Positions 36,227 to 47,957 of a stretch of 64,000 nt of DNA are shown here, one piece after another. Position 1 is the stretch's first letter. Every line of letters begins with the position of its first letter. The translations under genes were made by a program, and so were the position numbers. Origin of the DNA: Psilocybe cubensis (Eukaryota); assembly GCA_017499595.2 (NCBI GenBank), contig CM039005.1:3100001-3164000 (forward strand), written 5' to 3'. The notes beneath the pieces were generated by a model. The model was not told the origin of the DNA. It searched no databases and saw nothing but the letters and a program-made list of their open reading frames with translations.

Positions 36227-38963
36227 GATTAGGATTATGTACTAGATTGCTGGATACATGTTACAAATGTCACATATCGATGAGATAGACTGACATTGAA
36301 GCCATCGATTCACTGGTAGAGTGCTTGGAAACGATGACATTGATTCGGAAAATGTATGTCCATGGGGACTTACCACAAAGATGGTTGCAAGAGCAGCACC
36401 ATACAGGCAACAATAGCGACCCCCACGGAGCACATATAGACGTAGAGGTTATCACTTGCCTCAAAGCCTTTGTTAAACGCTTCTCTCGTTGAATTGGGAT
36501 GAGTGATGAGGTAGCATTAGGAGCAGGAGCAGTATGGGAAGGCATGATTTTGACCATAGTTAATCTCCGGCGCCGATGCACCATCGGGTAGAATTACAAG
36601 TGGGTATCCAATCATTTGCCTTGAGGAACAGCGGGCGGATTAAGATGGACACTTGCAACTTCAAAGGCATGCGTAAGGCAGGATATGCCAATAGAAAAGT
36701 CGATGAAATATATGGGAGCACGGTGACCGTGGTATGAAGCAAATGCAAAGGACCGCGAACCGTGATGAGACAACAATATCCTAATGAGGTATGCCAAGGG
36801 GAAAGACACCGTAAATCAAACAAGGCAGAATTGTGAAAGGACAAGAAAAGAACGCAGAGGCGAACAGTGAAAAGTCGTCGCATGTAAAATGCTCACCACT
36901 TGTTTTGATTACCGTGAGTGCTAACCCATAACTTTATTTGCATCTCCTTCAGCGCACCATCGGTATATCATCAAAAAAGTTACAGCAATGGATAACAGAC
37001 CATCACACCCGCTGAGCGACCAAATGAAATGCTACATGTCCTAGCGAAGCTCGAATAGTTGATTTACGATGTAGAGGCCGAATTTCGAGGTAGCATCCAG
37101 CTGAAGTGAAGATATATAACCTATGACGTTGCTGCTGCATGGACGAAAAGAGCGAGCTAGTGCAGGGGAACCAAAGATCAGAGAGAGGCATGCCTAGGCA
37201 TGCAAAGCAAAACACTTACCGAGATGAACACCGGAAATTCAGTATTATTGCCCCTCCATTTCGCAACTTTTCTCTCATTCCAATTCCTGTGCCTTTCTGG
37301 CGTCAACTTTGGGCCAGTTATATGTATATATAACACAGGAAGAGAGAAATTTGAGAGAAACGTGCTGACTCGCGTCCCCGCCCTCGATTCCACAATCAAT
37401 TTGCTCGTCCCTAGACTCCCGATTCTTGTCCTCCTGCGCCGTTCAGATACTTATGGCATTTCCAAGCAACAAGAATCAGCATTGACAGATTTATCAAGAC
37501 CAGAGTTATTTTTGAGCTTTTGTTTCCTGTGAGTTATTCTTCTGCGGAGAAGCGATGGCGGCTGACGTCGGAGAAAAAGAACAACGTGGCGCGTCTGTCA
37601 GTGTTTGTCCTTGCTGTCCTCACAGCATTTGAAACTCCGCTTCGGCACAGCCGGACGTGCTCGGCGTGCAATAACCACCATCAGAAGACACAACTTTTTC
37701 TGGTAAGCTACGCCATCTCTTCCTCCCAAACTCAGAACGAATACCTTTCTTTTATATATAAAATGACTTCTGGGAGGACCGCCCTGATTAATATGGACAT
37801 TTGGACTAAACGGGCGCAGGATTATGGGAGAACAATGTGTGTCGCACATCATGGTAGCTGTTGTCAGTATCCCCCTTTCATTCGAAGCAGTCTAGCTTAG
37901 CTTATGGAACTCGCCTAATTATCAAGGACTGGGCATTTATTATGCACAAATTTTTGACCAGCCATGTTCAAGCTTGTAAGTAGATGCAACGATTACATTC
38001 CAAAATAACTACGCTCTGAAAAGAAGATGCATGACTTTATCACGAGGGGCTGAAGAATTATTGACGACCCTATTCCTTCGACTCAAATTGACCACATCAG
38101 ATGTCTGACCCTGAAGAAGGACGCAGAATTTTTTCAATGTCCAACATCACACTTGTTGACAATTTCATTAATATTAAAGGCCTGTGAGCGAACCACCTTC
38201 CGGGAACTTGGAGGCACAGCTGCAAAATCACTTTGTACCTGACTTCGAATTTTTATTCTGGTCAGCGGAATGGGTAAAACCAATGATGGTGTTGCGACAG
38301 AAGCCGTCAGTGCTGCAATTAGCGATCATGATGCAATCGATCCGAAGAACCCTTCATTTTGATAACAAGCATGTCAGGTATAACTTCTAAAAGTATCTGC
38401 AGAAATGCACCGTGTTCCATAGAAGCCTTGTACCGCTTGCAGAGTCGGAGAATAACTGCTCCCGAAATGTATACTTGGAAACGTATGTAATACTTCATTA
38501 CTGATAGCTATGAAGTTAAGTGTTCATTTTTTGGGGTATTGTGTAAATTTTTTCTGAACAGAGGGTCGATGTTATACAAGGAGTTAAGAAACAACACGGT
38601 TGAATGACTACCTGTGAGTGAATGGTGATTCTAAATAATATAAATGACTGTCTTCTAGGCCGTACTCGGCTAAAATGATTCTCTCACGGATGTGGGAGGA
38701 CCCTAGGTATCAGTAGCGTGTGCTGTCCAGGCGCAAGGGCTTCAAACTAGTATTCTGTCTTGTTCGGCTCGGGTCATATAATTTCCAACTTCATAAAAAA
38801 AACATTGAACGTCTGAAACATATAAAATCCAAACATCGTTATAATATACGTACCCGTCCAACACTTGTGCTTCGTAAATCCTGGTAAGCCTTTATCATCA
38901 CAGTGAATACTTTCCCGAGGTTCACCTTCATCACAATATAATTTAACACAGCACGCACATTCG

Positions 38964-39674
38964 ATGTTCAAATCTTTCACTCTCGCGTCACTTGCCTTGG
39001 CAGCACTGTACTGGGTATCCCCAGTTGTAGGTCATGGATATGTCACCGTACCCCCCAGTCGTCAAGCCCGTTGTCACAACGGAGAAGTTACCCGCTGCGG
39101 TGGCGTCGAGTACGAGCCACAGAGCGTCGAAGCTTTAGCAGGTTCATTTGCCTGCAATGGGGACGGTCATCGTTTCCATGAGCTTAACGACAACTCCTTG
39201 TTTGAAAACCTTTTCTTCACCGTCCCAGAAGGAACCGAATCACTCCCGTTTACCTGGGTGTTACCCGCGCCGCACAGGACGCTTGTTTGGGAGTACTTCG
39301 TCATCACACAGGAAAACGCGTTGTTGCTTTCAGACCCAGGTCACGGCGCGGTACCTCCGCAAAGCTTCACCCATTTAGTGCCATTGAATGGGATTAAAGG
39401 GAGACAGACAGTCCTTGCGCGATGGACCATTGCCGATACCCCGAACGCTTTCTATGCCTGTGTCGATCTCCTGATCGAGGGTTCTGAGACGGCCACTGCT
39501 GTTGCTGGAGCAGTCGCCACACCGGTTCCCATTGCGATGCCTTACGGGTTCCATAACTCGCTCGGACACGAGAATTCCGCCAACCGGTCGGAGTCTGCCA
39601 CCGCTGAAACGAGTCGCGCTGGTTCCTACAAAGCCATCCAAAACTTACTGTATGTACAAGGACCTCAATCCTGA
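38964..39674 (+). CDS. Secreted AA10 (CBM33/chitin-binding type 4) lytic polysaccharide monooxygenase, intronless
   Basis: 23-aa signal peptide then HGYVTVPPSRQARC, YEPQSVE, FTW...APH...WEYF, ARWTIADTPNAFYACVD: full His1/His/Phe copper-site pattern; low-complexity C-terminal tail. Confidence 0.93.
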   Translation: MFKSFTLASLALAALYWVSPVVGHGYVTVPPSRQARCHNGEVTRCGGVEYEPQSVEALAGSFACNGDGHRFHELNDNSLFENLFFTVPEGTESLPFTWVLPAPHRTLVWEYFVITQENALLLSDPGHGAVPPQSFTHLVPLNGIKGRQTVLARWTIADTPNAFYACVDLLIEGSETATAVAGAVATPVPIAMPYGFHNSLGHENSANRSESATAETSRAGSYKAIQNLLYVQGPQS

Positions 39675-40383
39675 GGCATTTGTTCCTGTCTGGCAAGCAC
39701 TTCATTCGTCATTTCCATCGACTGATTATTTGTATAAGTTGGTCGTTAAATTTCATAGTCCCGGTTAGTCAGTAACAGAAAAATATAGCGAAAGTTTGTA
39801 GATTTGAAATAGGAGATTCCAAAACTAATTTTAGAGGAATTAGGGATGGTATGTTTGATAAAGACTGGCCTCGATTCCTATTCCAGAGAATATGAGGATA
39901 ACCGGCAGCATGCCTGTGACATTGAAGCGGAGTTTACAATCTGGGAAACTCGCTAGCAATATCACCTGAAACTAATATTAAAGAAGAAGGATACCCAGAC
40001 GCTAACTCAGTGATGATGCTGATTGCAGTGATCACACGCTTGTTTGATGCGGATGGATTCCCGTTCGACAACACCTTTCCAAATAATATGATCACCCCCC
40101 AGAATCAGTTGTTCACCTTATTTTGAGCGTCGCTACAAACACAGTCAGAAATAAGAGGTATGAGATATAGATATACACTCTTCCGCGAGGTTTTCATCAA
40201 AGAAGTGGTACAGACTTCTTCTGCATTTTTCATGTTTTGATCAGGCTTTTCTTGATGAAACAAGATGCCAACTGTGGGACAGATTGTAGTATTCCCCGGA
40301 TCATGCGGGTATATCTGCCTTAGATGCATATAAAGCAGAGTATAAACTGATGATGCCACGTACATTAACACCAGCAAGACAAC

Positions 40384-41682
40384 ATGTCTAACCTTATTAA
40401 TGTAACTGTCATCCTACCCCCCGACAGTAATTTACCAGACATCGAAAAACTAATAGAAATGCAACACACAATGGAATCCATCAATCTCAATGCAATAATG
40501 ATGTTTAGTATTCTTACAGGTAAGTTGTTCCTTTTCCTAAAGATGTTATAATAAATCAATATTTGCAGGCGCATACACCTTGGTCTATGTGTACACTGTG
40601 TGTCTGTACAGTCCGTGGATGATGTTATACTTTTACAATTCTTATTTAACTCGGAATCAATAGTGTTGAAGCAATCAAGCAACAAAAACAATTTCCTTGT
40701 AATTTATCTTACATCTATCCTCTACATATTTACACTTGTTATGTTTCTCCTTCAATGGGTAGACTTCGTATCCCCATCGGTGTATGGGGTATCTCTTGAA
40801 GTGTTTCACGATATGCTGATTTTTATAAATATTTTAATTGCGGATATATTGCTGGTAAGCTCGTACTACATTGTGGATGCTTGACCACTTGGCTTACTGG
40901 GATATACATGCAGATATGGAGATGCTATCATGTCTGGGGGCGGTCAATACGATCAACAATCTTGCCGTTGATTTTTTTTGTTGCTGAATGTGGTGCGTTG
41001 GACGATTTGATAACTAATATTCTGTGATTACTCGATTTGTGGCGCCATGTAGGCCTGAACATTGGACGTTGCTTTTTCTTGATCAAGTTCAGTCAATTCG
41101 AGGTTTCAAACAGTGCCACAGTGATTATGAACGACATCACGGGAGCTCTGATTCTCACTTCTGTCGCAACAACGGCGTCAGCCTCATTCATGATCGGCTA
41201 CAGAATACACATTGTATCGAAGGAACATAGCTTGTCTTCCTCTTCTAGCAGGACCTTCACCCATATCATTTTCATAGTCCTCGAGTCTGCAGCAATGTAC
41301 TCTATATTTCCCCTGGAGGTAGCCATCCAGAATGTTGTCCCAGGAGCCGACAATCCAGACAACATATTTTTTAAAATGGGGAGCTTTTTTGAGCAGTTTA
41401 TGCACATTGTTACGGTGAGAGCTACGCATTTCATTGTAATAAATATATTGCCTAGAGGGTAATTAATATATGATGCAAATTCAGGGAATAGCTCCGACAA
41501 TAATGGTTGCCAGAGTTCTTATGGAACAGAACAAAGCGGAAAATAATGTGTCTTATGGTTCAGACTTTGGGCCTCCTCTGGATTCATCTGGTATCCAACC
41601 CAATTCTTTCATTGATGCAGCGGTTTCCCAAGAAAATAGGGAGTCCCAAGCTCAGGAATCTCAATCTGTCAAGCGGATGTAG
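40384..41682 (+). CDS. Multi-pass (7TM-like) membrane protein, copy 2
   Basis: Same intron positions and motifs (IADILL-IWRCYHVW, IGYRI, IVLESAAMYS, GIAPTIMVARV) as copy 1. Confidence 0.8.
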
Positions 41683-44476
41683 AAAGTTACGGAATATTAT
41701 GTACTAGACCATAGAAGCTTCCGTTCAGCTCTCAATGCTGTTATGTATTTCATTGTTTGAGTAGCTGCCATTGCTGAGTTTAAGTGGCGGTATTGAACTC
41801 AATGGAAGATGTTGAGGACTGTGGATCACAGGTAAATGGTACCTCAGCGAATGGTGGCAGTGTTAGCGTTCCCATAGTATTGAGAATACTGATTGCAAAA
41901 CCTGTCTGGACGATTATCTCACGATTCACATCCTCTCAACCGACTTGACAGCCTGGTGAGTGTTTTACCAACCAGAATTTTAGATCAAGACGGGAATTGA
42001 CCATATTCTGGACGCCAATTGATTGGAAACTCCCTTGGAAAGATTTGTACTTCCCAATGATATCATCTATGCTGAGCGGTCAAAGATACTGGGGAGGCAC
42101 ATCCAGGAGCAGAGAAACTAGTGAGCAACCGTGAAATTGATATTTCCCTCACCTTAAGCTGCACAGTAACGTTAGTGTTAATAATATAAAGTATCTGTAT
42201 CTTAAAACTCCGAATGTCGAGAGACCTTCAAAGATTTCCATGCTGAAACCGGCATTAGTAACCTTCTATCATTTACAATGTAATTGTATGAGTTATATAT
42301 CACGCAACATACAAAACACAATATTTCGATAAATTTGCTGAGTATTGAGCTGTACAGTTCAACATTGAATATATGCGTGTGTTTAGCTTTCAACGGCTGC
42401 GTTGAGGGGTCAATTCAAGTTGACCTCCAACAACTTGACGACTCGGAGCCCCTGAATCGTGTTCCCGGTTGTTCCCGGCCTATCGAATTCATCTGCAAAC
42501 AACAAGGCCAAATAAAGGCCGCTTCACTTCTAGTCTTCTACCACCACCTGCTTGTCCGATAGCGTACAAAGTCGACGTTCAAACTGAACAAGAGGCATTC
42601 AGTACCAGAGAAACGACTTCTCGTGACTTAGAGGAAAAACCAGTGCTTTGGAGGTCATGAGTTGGACGCAGGGAGTGACCAGAGGGGTTGTGTGGATTTA
42701 GTACAAGGGTGCAAAAGTAAGTCATTTGAGATCTTCTACTAGCGTTTGACCTGCCATATACCACATCTAGCACTGTTACAACCAATTCCCATCTCTTTTA
42801 TTAACACCCACCACTGAAAAGCCTTGCCTGTGGTTCTTTGCTTTCGACAGCGGTGATTCTGAATTCCGCAATCCTAGACACACCGACACTTTACCTGTTG
42901 GATTTCCCAATTCCTGCGACTCTATGCTAAACACTATGTTCCCCACTTCTGTCCTGCATGATCGGCAACCCGTTTCTCCCCAGCTTGGTGGTCAATGTAG
43001 ACCATATCCCACCATGACCAAGGAACATGCGGACGTCGGTAAGAAGCAGTCGGGGGTGAATTCCTTGCTCGCCCCAACGCGTTTGTGTTCTTCTGTTCAT
43101 CCATGAACAGTTGTTCCACGGTACCTTGAACAAAACGCCAGAGTCCAACCTACGCGTTCAAGATGCCAAATGCAGTTCAAAAAATGACGTGTCGCAGATA
43201 ATTGGCATTTTCATTGCGTAACAGCTTGATGCTACGGTGCACGCAGTTTCAGACGTCTGGGATATCATACTGGTATCAAAATGTATCTGCATTTCTCTGC
43301 TCGTGATATCGCTGCTATCTCTGGATTTTGGATATAATCAATCAGATATATGCGCGTTTAAGGCTTGTACGCGGAATTGTCTACTCTGGTATTGTCTTCG
43401 TATCCTGTGTGCATTCTGTGGGCTTCCTTGGAATATCAACATGTGCTCTTCATACCACCCACAGTTGTACTACGGCTCCCTAGAGGTCTTCTACAACGGC
43501 TACTTGTACCCAACACGTCCTCCATAACAGCACGGACACACGCTGACACCATTCTGTCCCTCTCTCCCCACTCCCGTTCCGCATTTCAACAATGCCAACA
43601 ATAGCGAGTGGGAACTCATACAACACGCTCAGAGCACCGTTTACGCATTCCTGTTGCTGCAAGCAGCTTGTGAGGGCGGCATGCGGTTGAGGAAGCAAAA
43701 GCGTGCGTGCAAATCTGGAACTGAGTGAATGTTTGAGATTGAGGTACTTTCTGGCATGCCAGTGAGGTCGTGTTCGTGTTGAAGGAACGGCGGGATATCT
43801 TTGTTACATGTTTTCTTGCCTGACCAAATGAACGGGTGTGTATGTATGCTGTGGTCAGAAATGTAAATAACAATTACTGCGAGCTCCCCTAACAGCGCGC
43901 GGGAAGACCGCTCGTGTCTGCTTATCTGGAGTTGCCTTCCAATGTGGATCGACATCACCGCAGCTGTAGTGAATCACACATGGATGGTATGACATTTCCC
44001 CTTTTATTCTTCTTCCCTACGAATGGTTTAATGGCAATACTAGGACATTAAGGTCCGACTAATAGGTACACCTGATGTAGGGACATCGACCTCGATGTAA
44101 CCAGTGGCTGTATTATAATTAGACCTAAGAAAAATGACACATCAACCAATCACATTTCGTGTGATGGAAATAGGACATGAGGTGGATGGATGACAGCTCG
44201 TTTCTCTCGGCACGTCAGGGAACTGGTGCGGCCATAGGCGTAGACAATGGTCGATTGTGTGTGTTCATGAGAAGCCATAGTATTTTATTGCCTAAAGGGT
44301 TGAAACGTCATTTTATACACGAGGAGTCGACGAGTCTTCCTGCACTAGCTTAATAAGGGCTGAAAACATGAGAAATACCCCTTCACATCGAATTAAACGA
44401 TTCCTTTCTTCCTTTCCACATTGTCACCCCCAAGCCCTGCCCCACAGAGCACAATCCATCTCCAGACTCCAGTAAT

Positions 44477-46318
44477 ATGTACAGTTTTTCCAGTTATGAC
44501 TTTTTGAACTCTGGACTCTCTTCCGGTGAATATACTCCCACCAAGTAATCAAGTTGGATTTCTTATCGATCGTTGACCTTTTCTCAGACAGTACAAGGAT
44601 ATCATCCGAGAGCAAACCGTCGTCATATTTCGGTTCAGATAGTCCCACAGGCTCTTCCAGCACTGGTTCTCAACAGACGCCATTCCTCTCAAGACACCAT
44701 GATGTTCCTGTTGAACCAACATTTGTCGAGTCGTCTTCCTATCCCACTCTAGATTTGGGAGATGTAAACAGTAAGCCACGGATTAGATTAATTTCTCTGT
44801 ACGACACTGACTGAATGGCTATAAACAATAGTATTCGCAGAATGGGATGCAGGATTCGACTCTTACCCACCGTTTTCCAACTCATCCACTCAGGGGTCTT
44901 CAATAAGCGGTTATCAACAAGCTTCGACTTCTTCATTTGAGCCCTTCCTGCAGCCTACGACGGAATCATTACCAAATTATCCTCCTCAAAGTTTTGAAGA
45001 CATTAATTGTAAGATTTTAATGCTACACGTTTTCAATTCAGCCCGCTAACTACACATCCTCCAACAGCCTTGTTTAGGTTGTCGCCTGACTATTTCCCTC
45101 AAACAACTTCAGAATTTGTGCCGACTCCCGATCAAATAAACATCCTTCCCGACTCTACGATTGAATCACCCTCGACAGCTTTTGGGCTCAGTTCAACCTC
45201 TATGAACGACCCATCTAATATATGCACCCCATCATCTGTCGGGTTATTTGCGCCTGCAACTCACCCACTCACCATTCATCAGGCGTCATCGAGCAGATGC
45301 CAATCTCAACCGCTCCAAAACTTTGCGCAATATCCATCCGTGGGCGTGGCTGATGGGTGTGTTCATTGTCCCAAACTTTGATTCAAACTAATGTTCTTCT
45401 TCAGGAATCCCAGTTATCCGTCAACCGCGCCCACGAGTGTGGCCCCAGACAATGTGCAAGGAAATAGATACATCGACATCCTTCATGGTGGGATCTTTCT
45501 CATCGACTCAGACCCACGCGCACAGGTGGCAAAACCCTTTACGAGGGTAGGCACAGAAGATAAAAAACGAAAACAACAGCGGCTTCCAACACTTGAAAGT
45601 GTTGAGCAACTGGTGTCATATCATCAGCTTGGGAGCCATGCCACCCTCCCAGGAGATTCTACCGACAGTTTCCACTCCTATATCGGAGGAAAGGAAACAA
45701 TTCATCATTCGGGATCCATAAGGACGAAATCAAACTGCGAAGAGAGCTCCGGGGGTAACCCCGTCGAGCCTCTCGCTAAGTTCAGACACAGCGATGGAGG
45801 GTATGATAAATTGTTCCCTTTTCTCATTTTCAGAGTGAAAAACCGAATCTGACGCTTTTTCGATTCTGTAGGATGGGCATCCGTCACTCCGCACCACAGA
45901 ATGGCGACAGGTACGAGCAATCCATTTATCTAGTCAAAGAATACGATTCGATTACTGACTTTACCTATCAAAATTAGGCAAGTCGCCGCCGCTTCCAGAT
46001 ATACTCGGAAGCGAAGGCTGTCGACGGCAGAGAGCAATGAGTATGTATAACACACCTTTTATCATTTTGTTCAATATCTGATATCCCATTTCCTCCCTCC
46101 GTTTTTGATTCAGGGGCATATTCACCTCTGCCGTCAAACGCCCGAGAGCAGGATCGGTCGCGGTAGCCCACACGGCCGCGCCGAGGCCGATGTTGCGGCC
46201 AGCGCCACCGCGCTGTCTAGCTGACGGATTCTCGCAAGGGCGTCTGGTGATTGAGAAGCGTGAGCGTCACCGAAAAAAGGACGGAGGGCTCACCTTCCAA
46301 GTGATGAGGCCCACATAG
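44477..46318 (+). CDS. Multi-exon Ser/Pro/Thr-rich hypothetical protein, copy 1 (start uncertain)
   Basis: Exons bounded by GT-AG; conserved RYIDILHGGI, QQRLPTLESVEQLVSY, SGGNPVEPLAK and C-terminal FSQGRLVIEKRERHRKKDGGLTFQVMRPT shared with 60181-62078. Confidence 0.65.
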
Positions 46319-46780
46319 GATCCATAAAAGGCTCTATATAGGCAGGCAACAAACCATTAAAACATAGTTAGTATCTAATAAAAATTACATTGAAAAACAC
46401 ATGTACCTTGGAGGACATTGAATATCTTGAGGATTTTTGGAGCATTTTGCAACTCTGTCATGGTGTAGGTGGCGTAACATAGATGTCGCGCATTAAAGGC
46501 GATGTCGTCGCAGAGTGAGATAAGGGATCAGATAACACTTTGCGTCGAGCTAGTATCCCCGAGATAATCAAGATTTGAAGTGACCGTGGGACATCTCCTG
46601 AGAACGGCCTTTCGGCACGTCGTGTTTAATGCTTTTCACGGACTTCGACAGTATGATGGTAAGAGGAGTGAATTAGATGATTGAAATTATCTACTAGTTA
46701 GAGCTTGTACACTTTGAATTGTAACCGTGTTGGGAACCTGCTACGTTTATGAAAGAACTGGTTGAATTGCTCGATGGTAC

Positions 46781-47957
46781 TCAATGAGAACCGACATTTG
46801 AGCTTTCGCAAGTCTCTTCAGTTCTTATCTGCGCCATGGCCACTCTAGCGACCACAATTGTCGGGGCTATTCCCTAAATATCCATAAAATTTTGACTATT
46901 ATCAAGCAAATATATCGGAAAGAAAATATAAAATTCTCACCGTAACAAAGTACATATATTGCTGAGTATAGTCATCCAGTCGTTTTGAGACATTTAACGG
47001 GTCGCTGTTTGATGGCAGCACATTCAAAAGAGCCTCTACCAGGAGGAATACAGAGTATATAGCGGCTGACTCCATGATTATGAAAAGGATGTGTTTGAAT
47101 GTCTGTCTGGAAGAGGATGACACATCACGTTCCTTTGATACGGTGTGTATCCGGTGGCCTATGAGGAATGAGGTTAAAGCAGTTGTTGCAACGGAAACAA
47201 ACAGCAGTGCTCCGGCAATGCTGTTGTCGGTGGTTGCCACAGCGTGTGAAAGGTTGACTTTGCCAAACTTAATTAAGAAAAAGGAATGGCTAAGGTATAG
47301 GGCTACGCAAAATGAGAGAATTGTTAATCACAGAGAGGCCATGTTCTAACCATCCACCGCACCAAATTCAATAACAAAAAGAGTCAACGGGACGATTATT
47401 GATTGTATTGACCGTGCCCAGACGTGATAACATCTCCATATCTGTTTGAATAATGCCGTCAATTGCCTGGTCAAGCCCCTATCAATTATCTGTATTGAGC
47501 GCTCACCAACAAAATATCCGCAACAAGAATTCTCATAAAAATAACCATTTCATTTCCCACTCCCATTACGCCGGTGGGAACTACAGGTAGCCAAGCAATA
47601 CACTGCGCAATTATCCATTGAAGCCAAAAGGTATAGCACGACGATAGGAAGAGGATAGATATCAGAAATAGCACAAAGAGTTTGTTTTTTCCGGCTGGTT
47701 TCTTTGATACTTTGAAAGCAAAACTTGGTAGACATTGAGAGATTTTACCACATTCACGCACTGTAGAGAAACATCGTGCTTCCGTAGACCAAAGTGTATG
47801 TGCCTAAGATAAGGGTCCAATGACAATCAATGCATGTATAAAAGACGATATGCATACCCATGAGAAGGTTAAACATCATTGCAGAGTTTACACTGGCGGA
47901 AAAGATTTTCTTTTCAAAGTCGGGTGTGATAATAATGTCATCGAACTGATGAGACAT
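46781..47957 (-). CDS. Multi-pass (7TM-like) membrane protein, copy 3
   Basis: Motifs VNSAMMFNLLMG, VADILL-IWRCYHVW, IGHRI, IIMESAAIYS, GIAPTIVVARV; closest to copy 2. Confidence 0.78.

Noticed and set aside
42560..43150. Possible fungal-type (FunK1) kinase relic, minus strand
   Set aside because: Only vague similarity (SKSREVVSLV); no catalytic HRD/DLD motifs found.
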